Of a stretch of 39,543 nucleotides of DNA, positions 1 to 9,124 are shown one piece after another. Location: the NCBI GenBank assembly GCA_963706025.1, contig CAVPLM010000016.1, positions 1 to 39,543 on the forward strand, in the 5' to 3' direction. Each line of letters opens with the position of its first letter. Within the stretch, counting starts at the first letter, position 1. Position numbers and translations under genes: made by a program. Below the pieces are notes generated by a model. That model did no database searches and was not told where the DNA came from. It saw only the letters and a list, made by a program, of their open reading frames with translations. The stretch comes from an uncultured Actinomycetes bacterium. Its GTDB lineage: Bacteria > Actinomycetota > Thermoleophilia > RBG-16-64-13.

Positions 1-26
1 GCCGAGACTTCATTCTGAAACGAGTT

Positions 27-1358
27 CTAAAGGAAGAACACCGCCGTCACCACCACGAAGATGGGGACGAGGATGGCCACGGAATAGCCCATGTAACCGA
101 AGAAAGACGGCATCTTCAGGCCGGAGTGATCGGCTATTGCCTTCACCGCCAGGTTGGGGGCGTTACCGATGTAGGTGTTGGCGCCCATCATGACCGCTCC
201 GCAGGAGATGGCGGCCAGGAACTCCGCCGGGGAGAAGCCCATCCCCGGTACGATCTGGGTGGAAGTGAGATCTCCTATGGTGGCCGCCCCCATCTGGCCT
301 TGGGCCGTGGCCGTGAAGACCAGGTAGGTGGGAGCATTGTCCAGGAAAGACGACAAGCCTCCGGTAGCCCAGAAGTAATGCCAGGGCCGGCTGAGACCGA
401 TGGTCTCCCCGTTCGCCTCGAGGAGGGCAAGGGCCGGGATCATGGTCGCGAAGATCCCGGCGAAGAGTACGGCCACCTCCACGATGGGAGCCCAGCGGAA
501 GTGGTTTGCGGCCCGGGGTCCTCGGGGCCCCAGTCTCACCGAGAGGACTGCGAGGACGATCAGGACGACCTCACGGACGAAGGGGAAGTGGACGGTCTCA
601 CCGATCCGTGCGAGCGCATCGGAGAAGAGGATCGTGATGATGACCAGGGCGAAGAAGAGCAGGTTGATGGTGCCCTTGATCCTTATGGGCACGTAATCGG
701 CCTCGTCCCATCGCCTGGCCACGGCCGGCTCGCGCCGATATTGGCGGATCTCGATCATCAAGTAGACCATGAGGGTGAGGCCCAGCGACAAAAGCCATTG
801 GGGCCACAGACTCAGCGTCCAAGCGAACGGAACTCCCCGCAGAAAGCCGAGGAACAAAGGAGGATCGCCCAAAGGGGTGAGCATCCCACCGATGTTCGAT
901 ACCGCGAAGATGAAGAAGACCACCGTGTGCCGGGTGTGGGTCCGCTCGGAATTGGCCCTCAGCAGAGGGCGGATGAGGAGCATAGAGGCGCCCATCGTGC
1001 CGACCAGGCTGGCCAGTAGCCCTCCTATTACAAGGAAGGTGAGGTTGGTACGAGGCGTGGCCACCAGGTTCCCGGTGAGATAGACGCCTCCGGAGATGGT
1101 GAAGAGGGCAAGCAGCAGGACGATGAAGGAGATGTATTCCTCGGCTGTGTTCGCCGCGACGTGCAGGCCGAGGCTGCCGAACCGGGCGAACAGATAGACC
1201 ACGGTGGGAACGCCGAGGACGGCTGCCACGATCCCCTTGTTGCGGTTCGGGTGGAACCATTTCTCGGCCACCAAGGGCAGAACGGCGATGGCTATCAGCA
1301 TGCACGCGAACGGCACGAGCGCCCAGGGACTGAGTTGTTGGCCGAGTTCGATGCTCAT
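27..1358 (-). CDS. Putative sodium:proton antiporter / ion transporter (IT superfamily) membrane protein
   Basis: Very hydrophobic multi-TM protein with NIGGMLTPLGDPPLFLGF, SSFLDNAPTY and GANTYIGNAPN motifs typical of NhaD/ArsB-like IT-superfamily antiporters. The start is placed at ATG 1358 (MSIELG) because the longer ORF overlaps the divergent regulator. Confidence 0.8.
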   Translation of the reverse strand: MSIELGQQLSPWALVPFACMLIAIAVLPLVAEKWFHPNRNKGIVAAVLGVPTVVYLFARFGSLGLHVAANTAEEYISFIVLLLALFTISGGVYLTGNLVATPRTNLTFLVIGGLLASLVGTMGASMLLIRPLLRANSERTHTRHTVVFFIFAVSNIGGMLTPLGDPPLFLGFLRGVPFAWTLSLWPQWLLSLGLTLMVYLMIEIRQYRREPAVARRWDEADYVPIRIKGTINLLFFALVIITILFSDALARIGETVHFPFVREVVLIVLAVLSVRLGPRGPRAANHFRWAPIVEVAVLFAGIFATMIPALALLEANGETIGLSRPWHYFWATGGLSSFLDNAPTYLVFTATAQGQMGAATIGDLTSTQIVPGMGFSPAEFLAAISCGAVMMGANTYIGNAPNLAVKAIADHSGLKMPSFFGYMGYSVAILVPIFVVVTAVFFL

Positions 1359-1476
1359 GGGAATCCAGGGTTCCAGCTTAACACGGCGCCGGTCCATAGC
1401 CGCGCGCCGTTCCCGCGGATCACCTGGCCCGTACCGATGTCCAATCTGGGTGCCCGATGGTATCGTGCGTCTCATC

Positions 1477-3129
1477 ATGCCGGTCACCGTCGCGCAGATT
1501 CTCGAACTCGACGTGCTCAAAGAGGCGCGCCTGCTGGCCGGCGCGGCCGGACTGGACCGCAGGGTGAGTTCGGTGACGGTGGGAGAAGTCCCCGACATCG
1601 CGGATTGGCTTTCCGGGGGAGAGATGGTCCTCTCCACCATGTACGCGGTCAGGGGCAATCTGGAGCGCCAACGGGAGTTCTGCCGGCGGGTGATGATGGC
1701 GGGCGCCGCCGCCTTGTTCGTCAAGACCACCCGCTTCGTCGAGAGCGTTCCCGCAGATGTCATCGCACTGGCCGAGAAGCGCAAGTTCCCCATCATCGAG
1801 GTCCCTCAGGGACTGCGCTGGACCCGACTCATGCAGGACGCCGCGGAAGTGATCATCAATCGCCAGGCTTCGCAGTTGGAGCAGTCGCACGCGATACACC
1901 GCAGTCTCCTGGGGGTGGTGATCCGCGGAGGAGGCTGGCAGGAATTGGCCGACGAGGCAGCTCACCTCTTGGCGAACCCGGTCGTTATCCTCGACATCTC
2001 TCTGGAAGTGTTGGCCGTGTCGGAGGGTCTTCCGCTCGCGACCGCCGACCTCGAGCTGCGACTAGGGAAGCCGGAGGTGCGCGAACGCTTCAACAGCGCG
2101 GCCCGCGAGGACAAGCTCTTCCGCGTCCAGGAAGGGGACCTCCCCACGATGTTCGTGCTACCGATCGTGGCCAGTCACAAGCGACTGGGCTACGTATGCG
2201 CTCTTAGTGACGCCCCCGACCTCTCGTCGATGGAGACGTTGGCGCTTGAGCATTCTGCCACCATAGCCGCCCTGGGGATGGCCCAGGACAGGGTGCGTTT
2301 CGAGACGGAAGTCCGTCTGAAAGGGGATTTCGTCGATGACGTCATCAACGGGGGGGAGCCGGCCGGTGATTCGCTCCTGCGCCGGGGCGCCTTCCTGGGG
2401 TGCGATCTTGGCCAGGGAGCTACGGTCATGCTCCTGGGGGTCGATGAGTTCGACGGGCTCGTCGCCCGGAAGGGCTTGGACCAGGAGGCACTCGACAAGG
2501 CCGTGGAGCGCTTCTTCTCGTTGTGCTCTCGCTTTCTGTCGTCATCCGAGCCGTCTTCGCTCGTCAGCCTCAAATCGGGACACGTGGTGATCTTCGTATG
2601 CGGCAAGACCGCCCACGATACAAACGCTTTGGGGCGTTTGGCCGCGGTGTTGCAGGGTATGGGTCAGAAGGCAGGAGGACTGAGCATCTCCATCGGCGTG
2701 GGGGGGGTCGCTCCTGACTCCGCGCAGATGGGCAGGGGCTACCAGGAAGCGCTTGTGGCTCTCAAGGTAGGGCGGAAGCTGAACGGTCCCGGAAGCGTGC
2801 TTCATTTTCGCGACGTGGGAACGTACCGGCTTCTTCTGGACATATGGGAGAGAGATCCCGATGAGGTCCGTCATCTGTACGAGGAGACCATCGGACCGGT
2901 GGATCGGTACGACCAGGCGAACGGGACCCAACTCACCCAGACCCTGCTTGTGTTCTTCAGGAACAACGAGAGCCTCACCAAGACGGCGGCCGAGCTCTAC
3001 GCTCACCGGCATACCATCCGCTATCGCCTGGAGAAGATCGCTGAGATAAGCGGGCTGAGCGCGTTCCAGACCGAGCACAAAGAGCGCCTCGGCCTGGGCT
3101 TAAAGGCTCGGAGCCTGCTTACCAGCTAA
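1477..3129 (+). CDS. PucR/CdaR-family transcriptional regulator (N-terminal PucR ligand-binding domain, GGDEF-like middle, C-terminal HTH)
   Basis: N-terminus LLAGAAGLDRRVSSVTVGEVPDIADWLSGGEMVLST and C-terminus TAAELYAHRHTIRYRLEKI are typical of this family. ATG at 1477. Confidence 0.9.
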   Translation: MPVTVAQILELDVLKEARLLAGAAGLDRRVSSVTVGEVPDIADWLSGGEMVLSTMYAVRGNLERQREFCRRVMMAGAAALFVKTTRFVESVPADVIALAEKRKFPIIEVPQGLRWTRLMQDAAEVIINRQASQLEQSHAIHRSLLGVVIRGGGWQELADEAAHLLANPVVILDISLEVLAVSEGLPLATADLELRLGKPEVRERFNSAAREDKLFRVQEGDLPTMFVLPIVASHKRLGYVCALSDAPDLSSMETLALEHSATIAALGMAQDRVRFETEVRLKGDFVDDVINGGEPAGDSLLRRGAFLGCDLGQGATVMLLGVDEFDGLVARKGLDQEALDKAVERFFSLCSRFLSSSEPSSLVSLKSGHVVIFVCGKTAHDTNALGRLAAVLQGMGQKAGGLSISIGVGGVAPDSAQMGRGYQEALVALKVGRKLNGPGSVLHFRDVGTYRLLLDIWERDPDEVRHLYEETIGPVDRYDQANGTQLTQTLLVFFRNNESLTKTAAELYAHRHTIRYRLEKIAEISGLSAFQTEHKERLGLGLKARSLLTS

Positions 3130-3137
3130 TACCGCTC

Positions 3138-3166
3138 AGCTCTGGGGCTTGTTCAGCCCCGGGGCT
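3138..3166. terminator. Stem-loop between the convergent regulator and YbjQ genes
   Basis: agctctggggct-tgttc-agccccggggct inverted repeat (with G.U pairs) between the two stop codons. Confidence 0.5.
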
Positions 3167-3495
3167 CATTCCGGCTCGACGATGGCGGCGGTACCGTAGG
3201 CCAGCACCTCGGTCATGTTGTTGCCGAGATCGGTCGCGTCGTACTTCACGGCTATGACGGCATTGGCGCCCATTTGCTCGGCATGCTGCACCATCCAGGA
3301 GAAGGCTTCGGCCCGGGTCTGCTCGCACAGCTCGATGTACTCGGGGATCTGACCTCCACCCAGGGTGCGCAGGGAGGCCGTGATCTGGCTGCCTATCCAG
3401 CGCGCCCGTACCGTGACTCCGCGTACGACTCCGAGGGTGTGGACCACCCGGTAGCCGGGAATCGTCAGGCCCGTGGTGGTCAAGCGGTGATCCAT
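3166..3495 (-). CDS. YbjQ/UPF0145 family protein
   Basis: TTT..IPGYRVVHTLGVVRG...GGQIPEY...GANAVIAVKYD...EVLAYGTA signature, with an AAAGGAG RBS upstream. Confidence 0.9.
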   Translation of the reverse strand: MDHRLTTTGLTIPGYRVVHTLGVVRGVTVRARWIGSQITASLRTLGGGQIPEYIELCEQTRAEAFSWMVQHAEQMGANAVIAVKYDATDLGNNMTEVLAYGTAAIVEPE

Positions 3496-3510
3496 GATGT
3501 CTCCTTTCGT

Positions 3511-3920
3511 GTGTTGGGACTACGCACCGCTTCCGGCTGCGCGATAGCGTATCGCGACTCCTCCACCGGTGCGTAGCCCCAACACCCGCATGTCGGTCGG
3601 AACGGATAGGTGTGACTTTAGCGCTTATCGGAGCTGCATACCGGTTCCGGCTGCGCGATAGCATATCGCGACTCCTCCACCGGCATGCGCGCCCGTAACC
3701 GGTGTCTCAGTACCAGATGGCAGAGGGATGGGGCATCGCGACTCCTCCACCGGCGCGTAGCGCCATCACCCGCATGTCGGTCGGAACGGATAGGTGTGAC
3801 TTTAGCGCTAATCGGAGCTGCATACCGGTTCCGGCTGCGCGATAGCATATCGCGACTCCTCCACCGGCACGTCAGCCCCGTCGCCACTGTATCGGTCCAA
3901 GCAGGTGTGACTTTGGCGCG
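3511..3920. repeat. Intergenic cluster of nested palindromic direct repeats (REP/BIME-like)
   Basis: Core atcgcgactcctccaccgg occurs at 3551, 3665, 3735 and 3849. A ~133 bp block is duplicated at a 184 bp period. The cgcgata-gcR-tatcgcg hairpin occurs three times and aggtgtgacttt three times. Confidence 0.9.
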
Positions 3921-3952
3921 AAAGGCCCCCCGGCGAACGCCGCGGGGCCTTT
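3921..3952. terminator. Intrinsic terminator-like hairpin downstream of glnA
   Basis: aaaggcccc...ggggccttt stem with A/T tails. Confidence 0.6.
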
Positions 3953-4023
3953 CTGAGCTTGTGCACCTGGCTGGAAGGACCCGCCCGGCGGCGGGGGCCG
4001 CCGGGCGGACAGCAGGGTGGCTG

Positions 4024-5355
4024 TCAGAGGATCGGGAGGTACCGCGATATCTCGTAAGGGTTGATGAGGGTCTTGTACTCGTCCCATTCCGCCCATTTGT
4101 TGCGGATGAGGTAGTCGCATACGTGGTTGCCCAGGGCCTCACGCACGAAGCTCGACTTCTCGAACTCCTTGATCGCCTGATAGAGGTCCTCAGGCAGAGA
4201 GTCGATGCCGGCAGCAGCGCGCTCCGCCTCGGTCATCTCGTAGATGTTGTTGCTCGCCTCCGGAGGAAGCTCCATCCCTTTCTCTATGCCATCCAGGCCG
4301 GCGGCCAGCATGGCGGCGAAGGCCAGGTAGGGGTTGCAGGCAGGGTCGGGGTTGCGTAGCTCCACCCGGGTGGCGTTCTCTTTGCCCGGTTTGTACAGGG
4401 GCACGCGCACCATGGCCGAACGGTTCCGGCGTGACCAACAGATGTAGACCGGGGCCTCGTAGCCCGGCACCAGCCGCTTGTAGGAGTTGATCCACTGGTT
4501 GGTGACCAGGGCGATCTCCTTGACGTGAGCAAGGAGACCGGCCACGTACGACTTGCCGACTTTCGACAGGTTGTACTCGTCGCTCGCGTCGAAGAAGGCG
4601 TTGCGATCGCCCTTGAACAACGACTGGTGTACGTGCATCCCCGAGCCGTTCACTCCGAACATGGGCTTGGGCATGAAGGTGGCGTAAACCCCCTGGGCCT
4701 GGGCGATCTCCTTGACCGTGAGGCGGTAGGTCATGACCTGGTCGGCCATGGTCGTCACGTCTTTGAAGCGGAGGTCGATCTCGTGCTGGGAAGGAGCGAC
4801 TTCGTGGTGCGAGTACTCCACCTGGATGCCGAGAGCGTGCAGGGCGTTGATGGTGTCGCGCCGCAGATCACTACCTGCGTCCAGAGTGGTGAGGTCGAAA
4901 TAACCGCCTTGGTCGAGCACGTCGGTGCCGAGGCTGTCCCGAAAGTAGAAGAACTCCAGCTCCGGCCCGACGTTCATGGTGTAGCCCATGGCTTCGGCCT
5001 TGGCCACCACGTTCTTCAGCACGTTGCGGGGATCGCCGTCATAAGGTTCCCCAGAGGGCTGCTTGATGTCGCAGAACATGCGGGCGGTGCCGCCGGCACC
5101 GGCCCGCCAGGGCAGCACGGCGAAGGTGCTCGGATCGGGCCAGGCCACCATGTCGGACTCCTCGATGCGGGCGAAGCCCTCGATCGAGGAACCATCGAAG
5201 CCCATGCCCTCTTCGAACGCGCCCTCGAGCTCCGCGGGGGTGACGGCGAAGCTCTTGAGGAAGCCGAGGACATCCGTGAACCAGAAGCGGATGAACTTGA
5301 TCTGTTTCTCTTCGACGATCCGGATGACGTCTTCCTTGGTCAGTTTCTCCGCCAT
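4024..5355 (-). CDS. glnA: Glutamine synthetase type I
   Basis: FDGSSIEGFARIEESD, VGPELEFF, HHEVAPSQHEI, FMPKPMFGVNGSGMHVHQSL, YKRLVPGYEAP, NRSAMVRVP and RVELRNPD motifs. An AAAGGAG RBS precedes ATG 5355. Confidence 0.96.
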   Translation of the reverse strand: MAEKLTKEDVIRIVEEKQIKFIRFWFTDVLGFLKSFAVTPAELEGAFEEGMGFDGSSIEGFARIEESDMVAWPDPSTFAVLPWRAGAGGTARMFCDIKQPSGEPYDGDPRNVLKNVVAKAEAMGYTMNVGPELEFFYFRDSLGTDVLDQGGYFDLTTLDAGSDLRRDTINALHALGIQVEYSHHEVAPSQHEIDLRFKDVTTMADQVMTYRLTVKEIAQAQGVYATFMPKPMFGVNGSGMHVHQSLFKGDRNAFFDASDEYNLSKVGKSYVAGLLAHVKEIALVTNQWINSYKRLVPGYEAPVYICWSRRNRSAMVRVPLYKPGKENATRVELRNPDPACNPYLAFAAMLAAGLDGIEKGMELPPEASNNIYEMTEAERAAAGIDSLPEDLYQAIKEFEKSSFVREALGNHVCDYLIRNKWAEWDEYKTLINPYEISRYLPIL

Positions 5356-5406
5356 CAACTGCTCCTTTCACAGTAGGCGCGTGGGTGGACTTCGTGTTTG
5401 TGGACG

Positions 5407-6303
5407 CTAGTAGACATACAGCCTGCCATATGGCCTCGAGGTATAGGGATAGATCTTGACGAAAGGCGCCTCCAAGATCGGCTCTGGGTCCAGGTTCATC
5501 ACCCGGGAGTAGTCGGTGACGATGTCCCGCAGGCGCGCTCGGTCGGCCTCGTCCGGCTCGGCGATGCGCACTTCCTTGCCCAGTTGATGCTCGGCCACCG
5601 CGCCTCGGATGTACATCACGCCCGCGTGCATCCCGGTGCCTACGTACGAGCCGACCACGCGGCCGCCGTCATCGCCAAGACCCAGCACCACTATCTCGCC
5701 GCCCGCCATGTATTCGCCCAGGAAGTCGCGCGCGAAGCCACCCACGACGATGAGCGGCCGGCTATCGCCGTAGGCCTTCATGTGGATGCCCACCCGATAG
5801 CCCACGTTGCCGCGCACGTACACCGAACCGCCCCGCATGCCGTAGCCGACCACGTCGCCCGCGTTGCCGTTGACGATGACCAGGCCCGAGTTCATGGTAT
5901 TCGCCACGCCGTCCTGAGCGTTGTCGTTCACCACCAGGGTGAGACCGTTCATGAAGGCGGCCAGGTCGTTGCCAGGGACGCCGTTGATGGTCAGGGTCAC
6001 TCCCGGGAAGGCGAGTCCGGTGCCGATGTAGCGCTGTCCGATTATGCCGTCGAGCACCACTTCGGTGGCGCCCCGTTCGATCTCCTCGCGTATCTGCTCG
6101 TTCAGGGTCTTGTAGTAGACCCCCCTGCCGTCGATGCGCGCGCGGCGCCCTCGGCGAGTGGCCGCACCCCGGTCGGTCCCCGGCTGGCCGGCCGCGATGC
6201 GGGCCGGCTCGATGCCGGTGGGGCCTCTGCGGGCCGGTCCGGTGGGTACCCTCCTGACCGTCGCGGAATCGGGGGCCACAGTCCTGTCCTCGTAGGCCGT
6301 CAT
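5407..6303 (-). CDS. Glutamate synthase GXGXG (GltB C-terminal-type) subunit
   Basis: GQRYIGTG, GVPGNDLAAFMNG, GDVVGYGMRGG, GYRVGIHMK and FLGEYMAGG beta-helix repeats. Confidence 0.88.
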   Translation of the reverse strand: MTAYEDRTVAPDSATVRRVPTGPARRGPTGIEPARIAAGQPGTDRGAATRRGRRARIDGRGVYYKTLNEQIREEIERGATEVVLDGIIGQRYIGTGLAFPGVTLTINGVPGNDLAAFMNGLTLVVNDNAQDGVANTMNSGLVIVNGNAGDVVGYGMRGGSVYVRGNVGYRVGIHMKAYGDSRPLIVVGGFARDFLGEYMAGGEIVVLGLGDDGGRVVGSYVGTGMHAGVMYIRGAVAEHQLGKEVRIAEPDEADRARLRDIVTDYSRVMNLDPEPILEAPFVKIYPYTSRPYGRLYVY

Positions 6304-6316
6304 CGGACGAAGCCCC

Positions 6317-7837
6317 TCACAGGCCGGCGGGCTTGACGCCCAGGATGTCGAGGGTCATCTTGTCCAGTCCCAAGCCGCGGAGCCTCTCCCGGCTGCCGCG
6401 CAGGCTCTCGATGGCGTTCACTCCCAGCGCTCCCAACACCTCGGCGAGCTCGTGGGTCCAGGCGTTGACCAGATTGACCACCTGCGAGGCGCCCCACTCC
6501 GGGTCCAACCGGCGGGTCAGCTCCGGCCGCTGGGTGCAGATGCCCCACGAACAGCTGCCGGTGTGGCACTTCTGACAGACGTGGCAGCCCAGGGCTACCA
6601 GAGCCGCGGTGCCGATGGCGCAGGCATCCGCTCCCAGAGCGATGGCCTTGGCCACGTCGGCCGACTGGCGGATGCCGCCCGCCGCCACGATCGACGCCCG
6701 GTTGCGGATGCCCTCGTCGCGCAGCTGCTGGTCGACGGTCGCGATGGCGATCTCGACGGGGATACCCACGTGGTCGCGGATGATGGTGGGGGAGGCCCCG
6801 GTACCGCCGCGGAAGCCGTCCAGATAGATGATGTCGGCCCCGGCTCTGACCACTCCCGAGGCGATGGCCGCCACGTTGTGCACGCAGGCTATCTTCACCG
6901 AGATGGGCTTGTAGCCGGTCGCCTCTTTGAGGGCGTAGATCAGCTGGCGCAGGTCTTCGATGGAGTAGATGTCGTGGTGCGGGGCAGGGGAGAGGGCGTC
7001 GGTGCCCTGCGGGATCATCCGGGTGATGGAGACCTCGTAGTCGATCTTCTCCCCGGGGAGGTGACCGCCGATGCCGGGCTTGGCGCCCTGGCCGATCTTG
7101 ATCTCGACGGCGGCGCCGGCCTGCAGGTAGCTCGAGTCGACCCCGAAGCGTCCCGAGGCACACTGGACGATGATGTGATCTTGATAGGGCTCCAGGTCGG
7201 CGTGCAGGCCACCCTCGCCGGTGTTCATGAAGGTTCCCAGCTCGGCCGCCGCCATGGCGATAGAGCGGTGGACGTTGAGCGACACCGACCCGTAGCTCAT
7301 GCCCCCGAACATGATGGGAGTCTCGAGCTGGAGTTGCCGGTCGAGTTCGGTGAGCAGGCGCAGGCCGCCGCCCACTCGATCCGCTGCCACCTCGAGCAGA
7401 TCGGGCTTGCGGCCCAGGAAGGTGCGCATCTCCATGGGCTCCCGCAGCGGGTCGATGGAGGGGTTGGTCACCTGGCAGGCATCCAGCAGAAGATGATCGA
7501 AGATGCGCAGATACGGCTTGTCGTTGCCCATGCCGGTGAGCTGCACGCCGCCGGTCTCGGCCTGCTTCCAGATGGCCTTGATCAGGTCGGGCGACATGCT
7601 GTCGGAGTGCTTGAAGGCCAAGTCGTTCTTCTTGATGCTGATGGCCCCGCCGGGACAGTAGGTCACGCAGCGATGGCAGGCGGAGCACTTGCCGTGGTCG
7701 GGCAGGGGTCGCCGTTCCACCTCGTCGAACGCGTACACGTTCCAGCCGCACTGCCGAACGCAGCGGCCGCACTGAAGGCAGGCCTCCTTGTCGATGACCA
7801 CCCGGAACTCGGAAGGAATGAAGGTCGTGAGCGCCAT
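6317..7837 (-). CDS. Glutamate synthase FMN-binding subunit with N-terminal 2x[4Fe-4S] ferredoxin (archaeal-type GltB2)
   Basis: CLQCGRCVRQC and CSACHRCVTYCP motifs, then MSYGSVS, NTGEGG, EIKIGQGAKPGIGGHLPGEK, SPAPHHDIYSIEDL and CHVCQKCHTGSC. It has its own likely start (GGGGTGGTGTG-ATG 7837) although it is in frame with the upstream GATase. Confidence 0.9.
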   Translation of the reverse strand: MALTTFIPSEFRVVIDKEACLQCGRCVRQCGWNVYAFDEVERRPLPDHGKCSACHRCVTYCPGGAISIKKNDLAFKHSDSMSPDLIKAIWKQAETGGVQLTGMGNDKPYLRIFDHLLLDACQVTNPSIDPLREPMEMRTFLGRKPDLLEVAADRVGGGLRLLTELDRQLQLETPIMFGGMSYGSVSLNVHRSIAMAAAELGTFMNTGEGGLHADLEPYQDHIIVQCASGRFGVDSSYLQAGAAVEIKIGQGAKPGIGGHLPGEKIDYEVSITRMIPQGTDALSPAPHHDIYSIEDLRQLIYALKEATGYKPISVKIACVHNVAAIASGVVRAGADIIYLDGFRGGTGASPTIIRDHVGIPVEIAIATVDQQLRDEGIRNRASIVAAGGIRQSADVAKAIALGADACAIGTAALVALGCHVCQKCHTGSCSWGICTQRPELTRRLDPEWGASQVVNLVNAWTHELAEVLGALGVNAIESLRGSRERLRGLGLDKMTLDILGVKPAGL

Positions 7838-9124
7838 CACACCACCCCGGACACGGTGGCCTGCCGGGCCGCCCGCCTCTGTCCGGCGCTCCGATGGGCC
7901 TGGGCGATGGCCTTCTGCCGGCCCTTCTCGCTCGACCCGGGCCACCACCGGCTCGCCTGCCAGGGGCATCCAGCTCTCTTCCGGATGGGGGCAGATCTCG
8001 CGGATGGCCGATTCCTCGCTGGCCACGTAGACGATGTCGCCGTCCCGCGCGGCCACCAGCGGGCGCAGCTTGATGCGGTCGTTGAGAGCCACCATGCCGT
8101 CGCTCATCCCCAGGACCACGGCGAAGGGGCCGTTGAGGAGGGCGGGTCCGTATACCATCCGCAACGCCGTGAACAGCCTGCGCTGCTCCTCGGGCATCAG
8201 GTCGATGTCCCTCCAGAAGGGACTGGCCAAAGCCTTGCACGCTATCTCCACGGGCAGTCCGTGCCGCCGGAGCATGAGATCGAACAGGTAGGTGACCACC
8301 TCTGTGTCGGTCTTGAGCGAGCACTTGTAGCCGAACATCTCCAGGTAGCGCTCGTTGATGCCGTAGGAACTGATCTCGCCGTTGTGGACGATGGAGTAGT
8401 CGAGCAGGGTGAAGGGATGAGCCCCGCCCCACCAGCCGGGGGTATTGGTGGGAAAGCGGCCGTGGCCGGTCCAGGTCCAACCCTGGTATTCGTCGATGCG
8501 GAAGAACTCCCCGATCTCCTCCGGGAACCCCACACCTTTGAACGCGCCCATGTTCTTGCCCGAAGAGGCGACGAAGGAGCCATCCACATAGGTGTTGATG
8601 TCCATGACCGCGTGGACCACGTAATCCTCGGCGCTCAGTTGGGTCTCGTGCAGCCGCTCCTCCGCGATATCCAGGAAGTAGCGCCAGAGGATGGGCTCAT
8701 CCTCGATGCCGCGGATAGGCTTGGTGGGGATGGGTTCGTCCATGACCACGCGGAAGTGCTTCTTGAGATAGAACTCGGTGTCTTCCTTGGCCAGATCGTC
8801 GTTGTAGAGCAGATGGAAGCAGAACAGGTGGGGCAGTTCGGGGTAGATGCCGTAGCCGGCGAACCCCCCGCCCAGCCCGTTGCCGCGGTCGTGCATGGAG
8901 GCCATGCTGCGTAGGGCCAGCTCGCCGCTCATCCGGGCGCCCGATTGATCGCACACCCCCATCAGGCCGCAGCCGCCGAGGATCCGCTGCTCGGCTTCCT
9001 CCCTGTAGCTCGGCCGGGGCGCGAAATGGCGCCCAAGCTCGGACCGGGCCACGGGCGCGGCCGCTCCGATCCGGCCGCTGTTACCGCTGTCGAGGCCGCG
9101 CGGTCTCATCCCCGGTCCTGTCAT
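7837..9124 (-). CDS. Class II glutamine amidotransferase subunit of split glutamate synthase (GltB1-type)
   Basis: GGCG, DRGNGLGGGFAGYGIYP, HGRFPTNTPGWWGGAHPF, HNGEISSYG and DRIKLRPL motifs. ATG 9124 overlaps the upstream TGA (ATGA). The 3' end is uncertain because it reads through into the FMN subunit. Confidence 0.85.

Noticed and set aside
3511-3920. CRISPR array
   Set aside because: The intervening sequences are themselves repeated, the spacing is irregular (114/70/114) and no cas genes are present.
6452-8914. 820 aa plus-strand ORF and other long antisense or alternate-frame ORFs (e.g. 6300-8480, 10544-12349, 14402-15715)
   Set aside because: These are shadow ORFs of well-supported genes, expected from high-GC codon bias, with no recognisable motifs.
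4024-9124. N-methylglutamate (gmaS/mgsABC) methylamine pathway
   Set aside because: The GS keeps canonical ammonium-site motifs (IEESD, PGYEAP), the FMN subunit has the archaeal-type ferredoxin N-terminus, and no mgd/sox-like genes are present. Not fully excluded without phylogeny.
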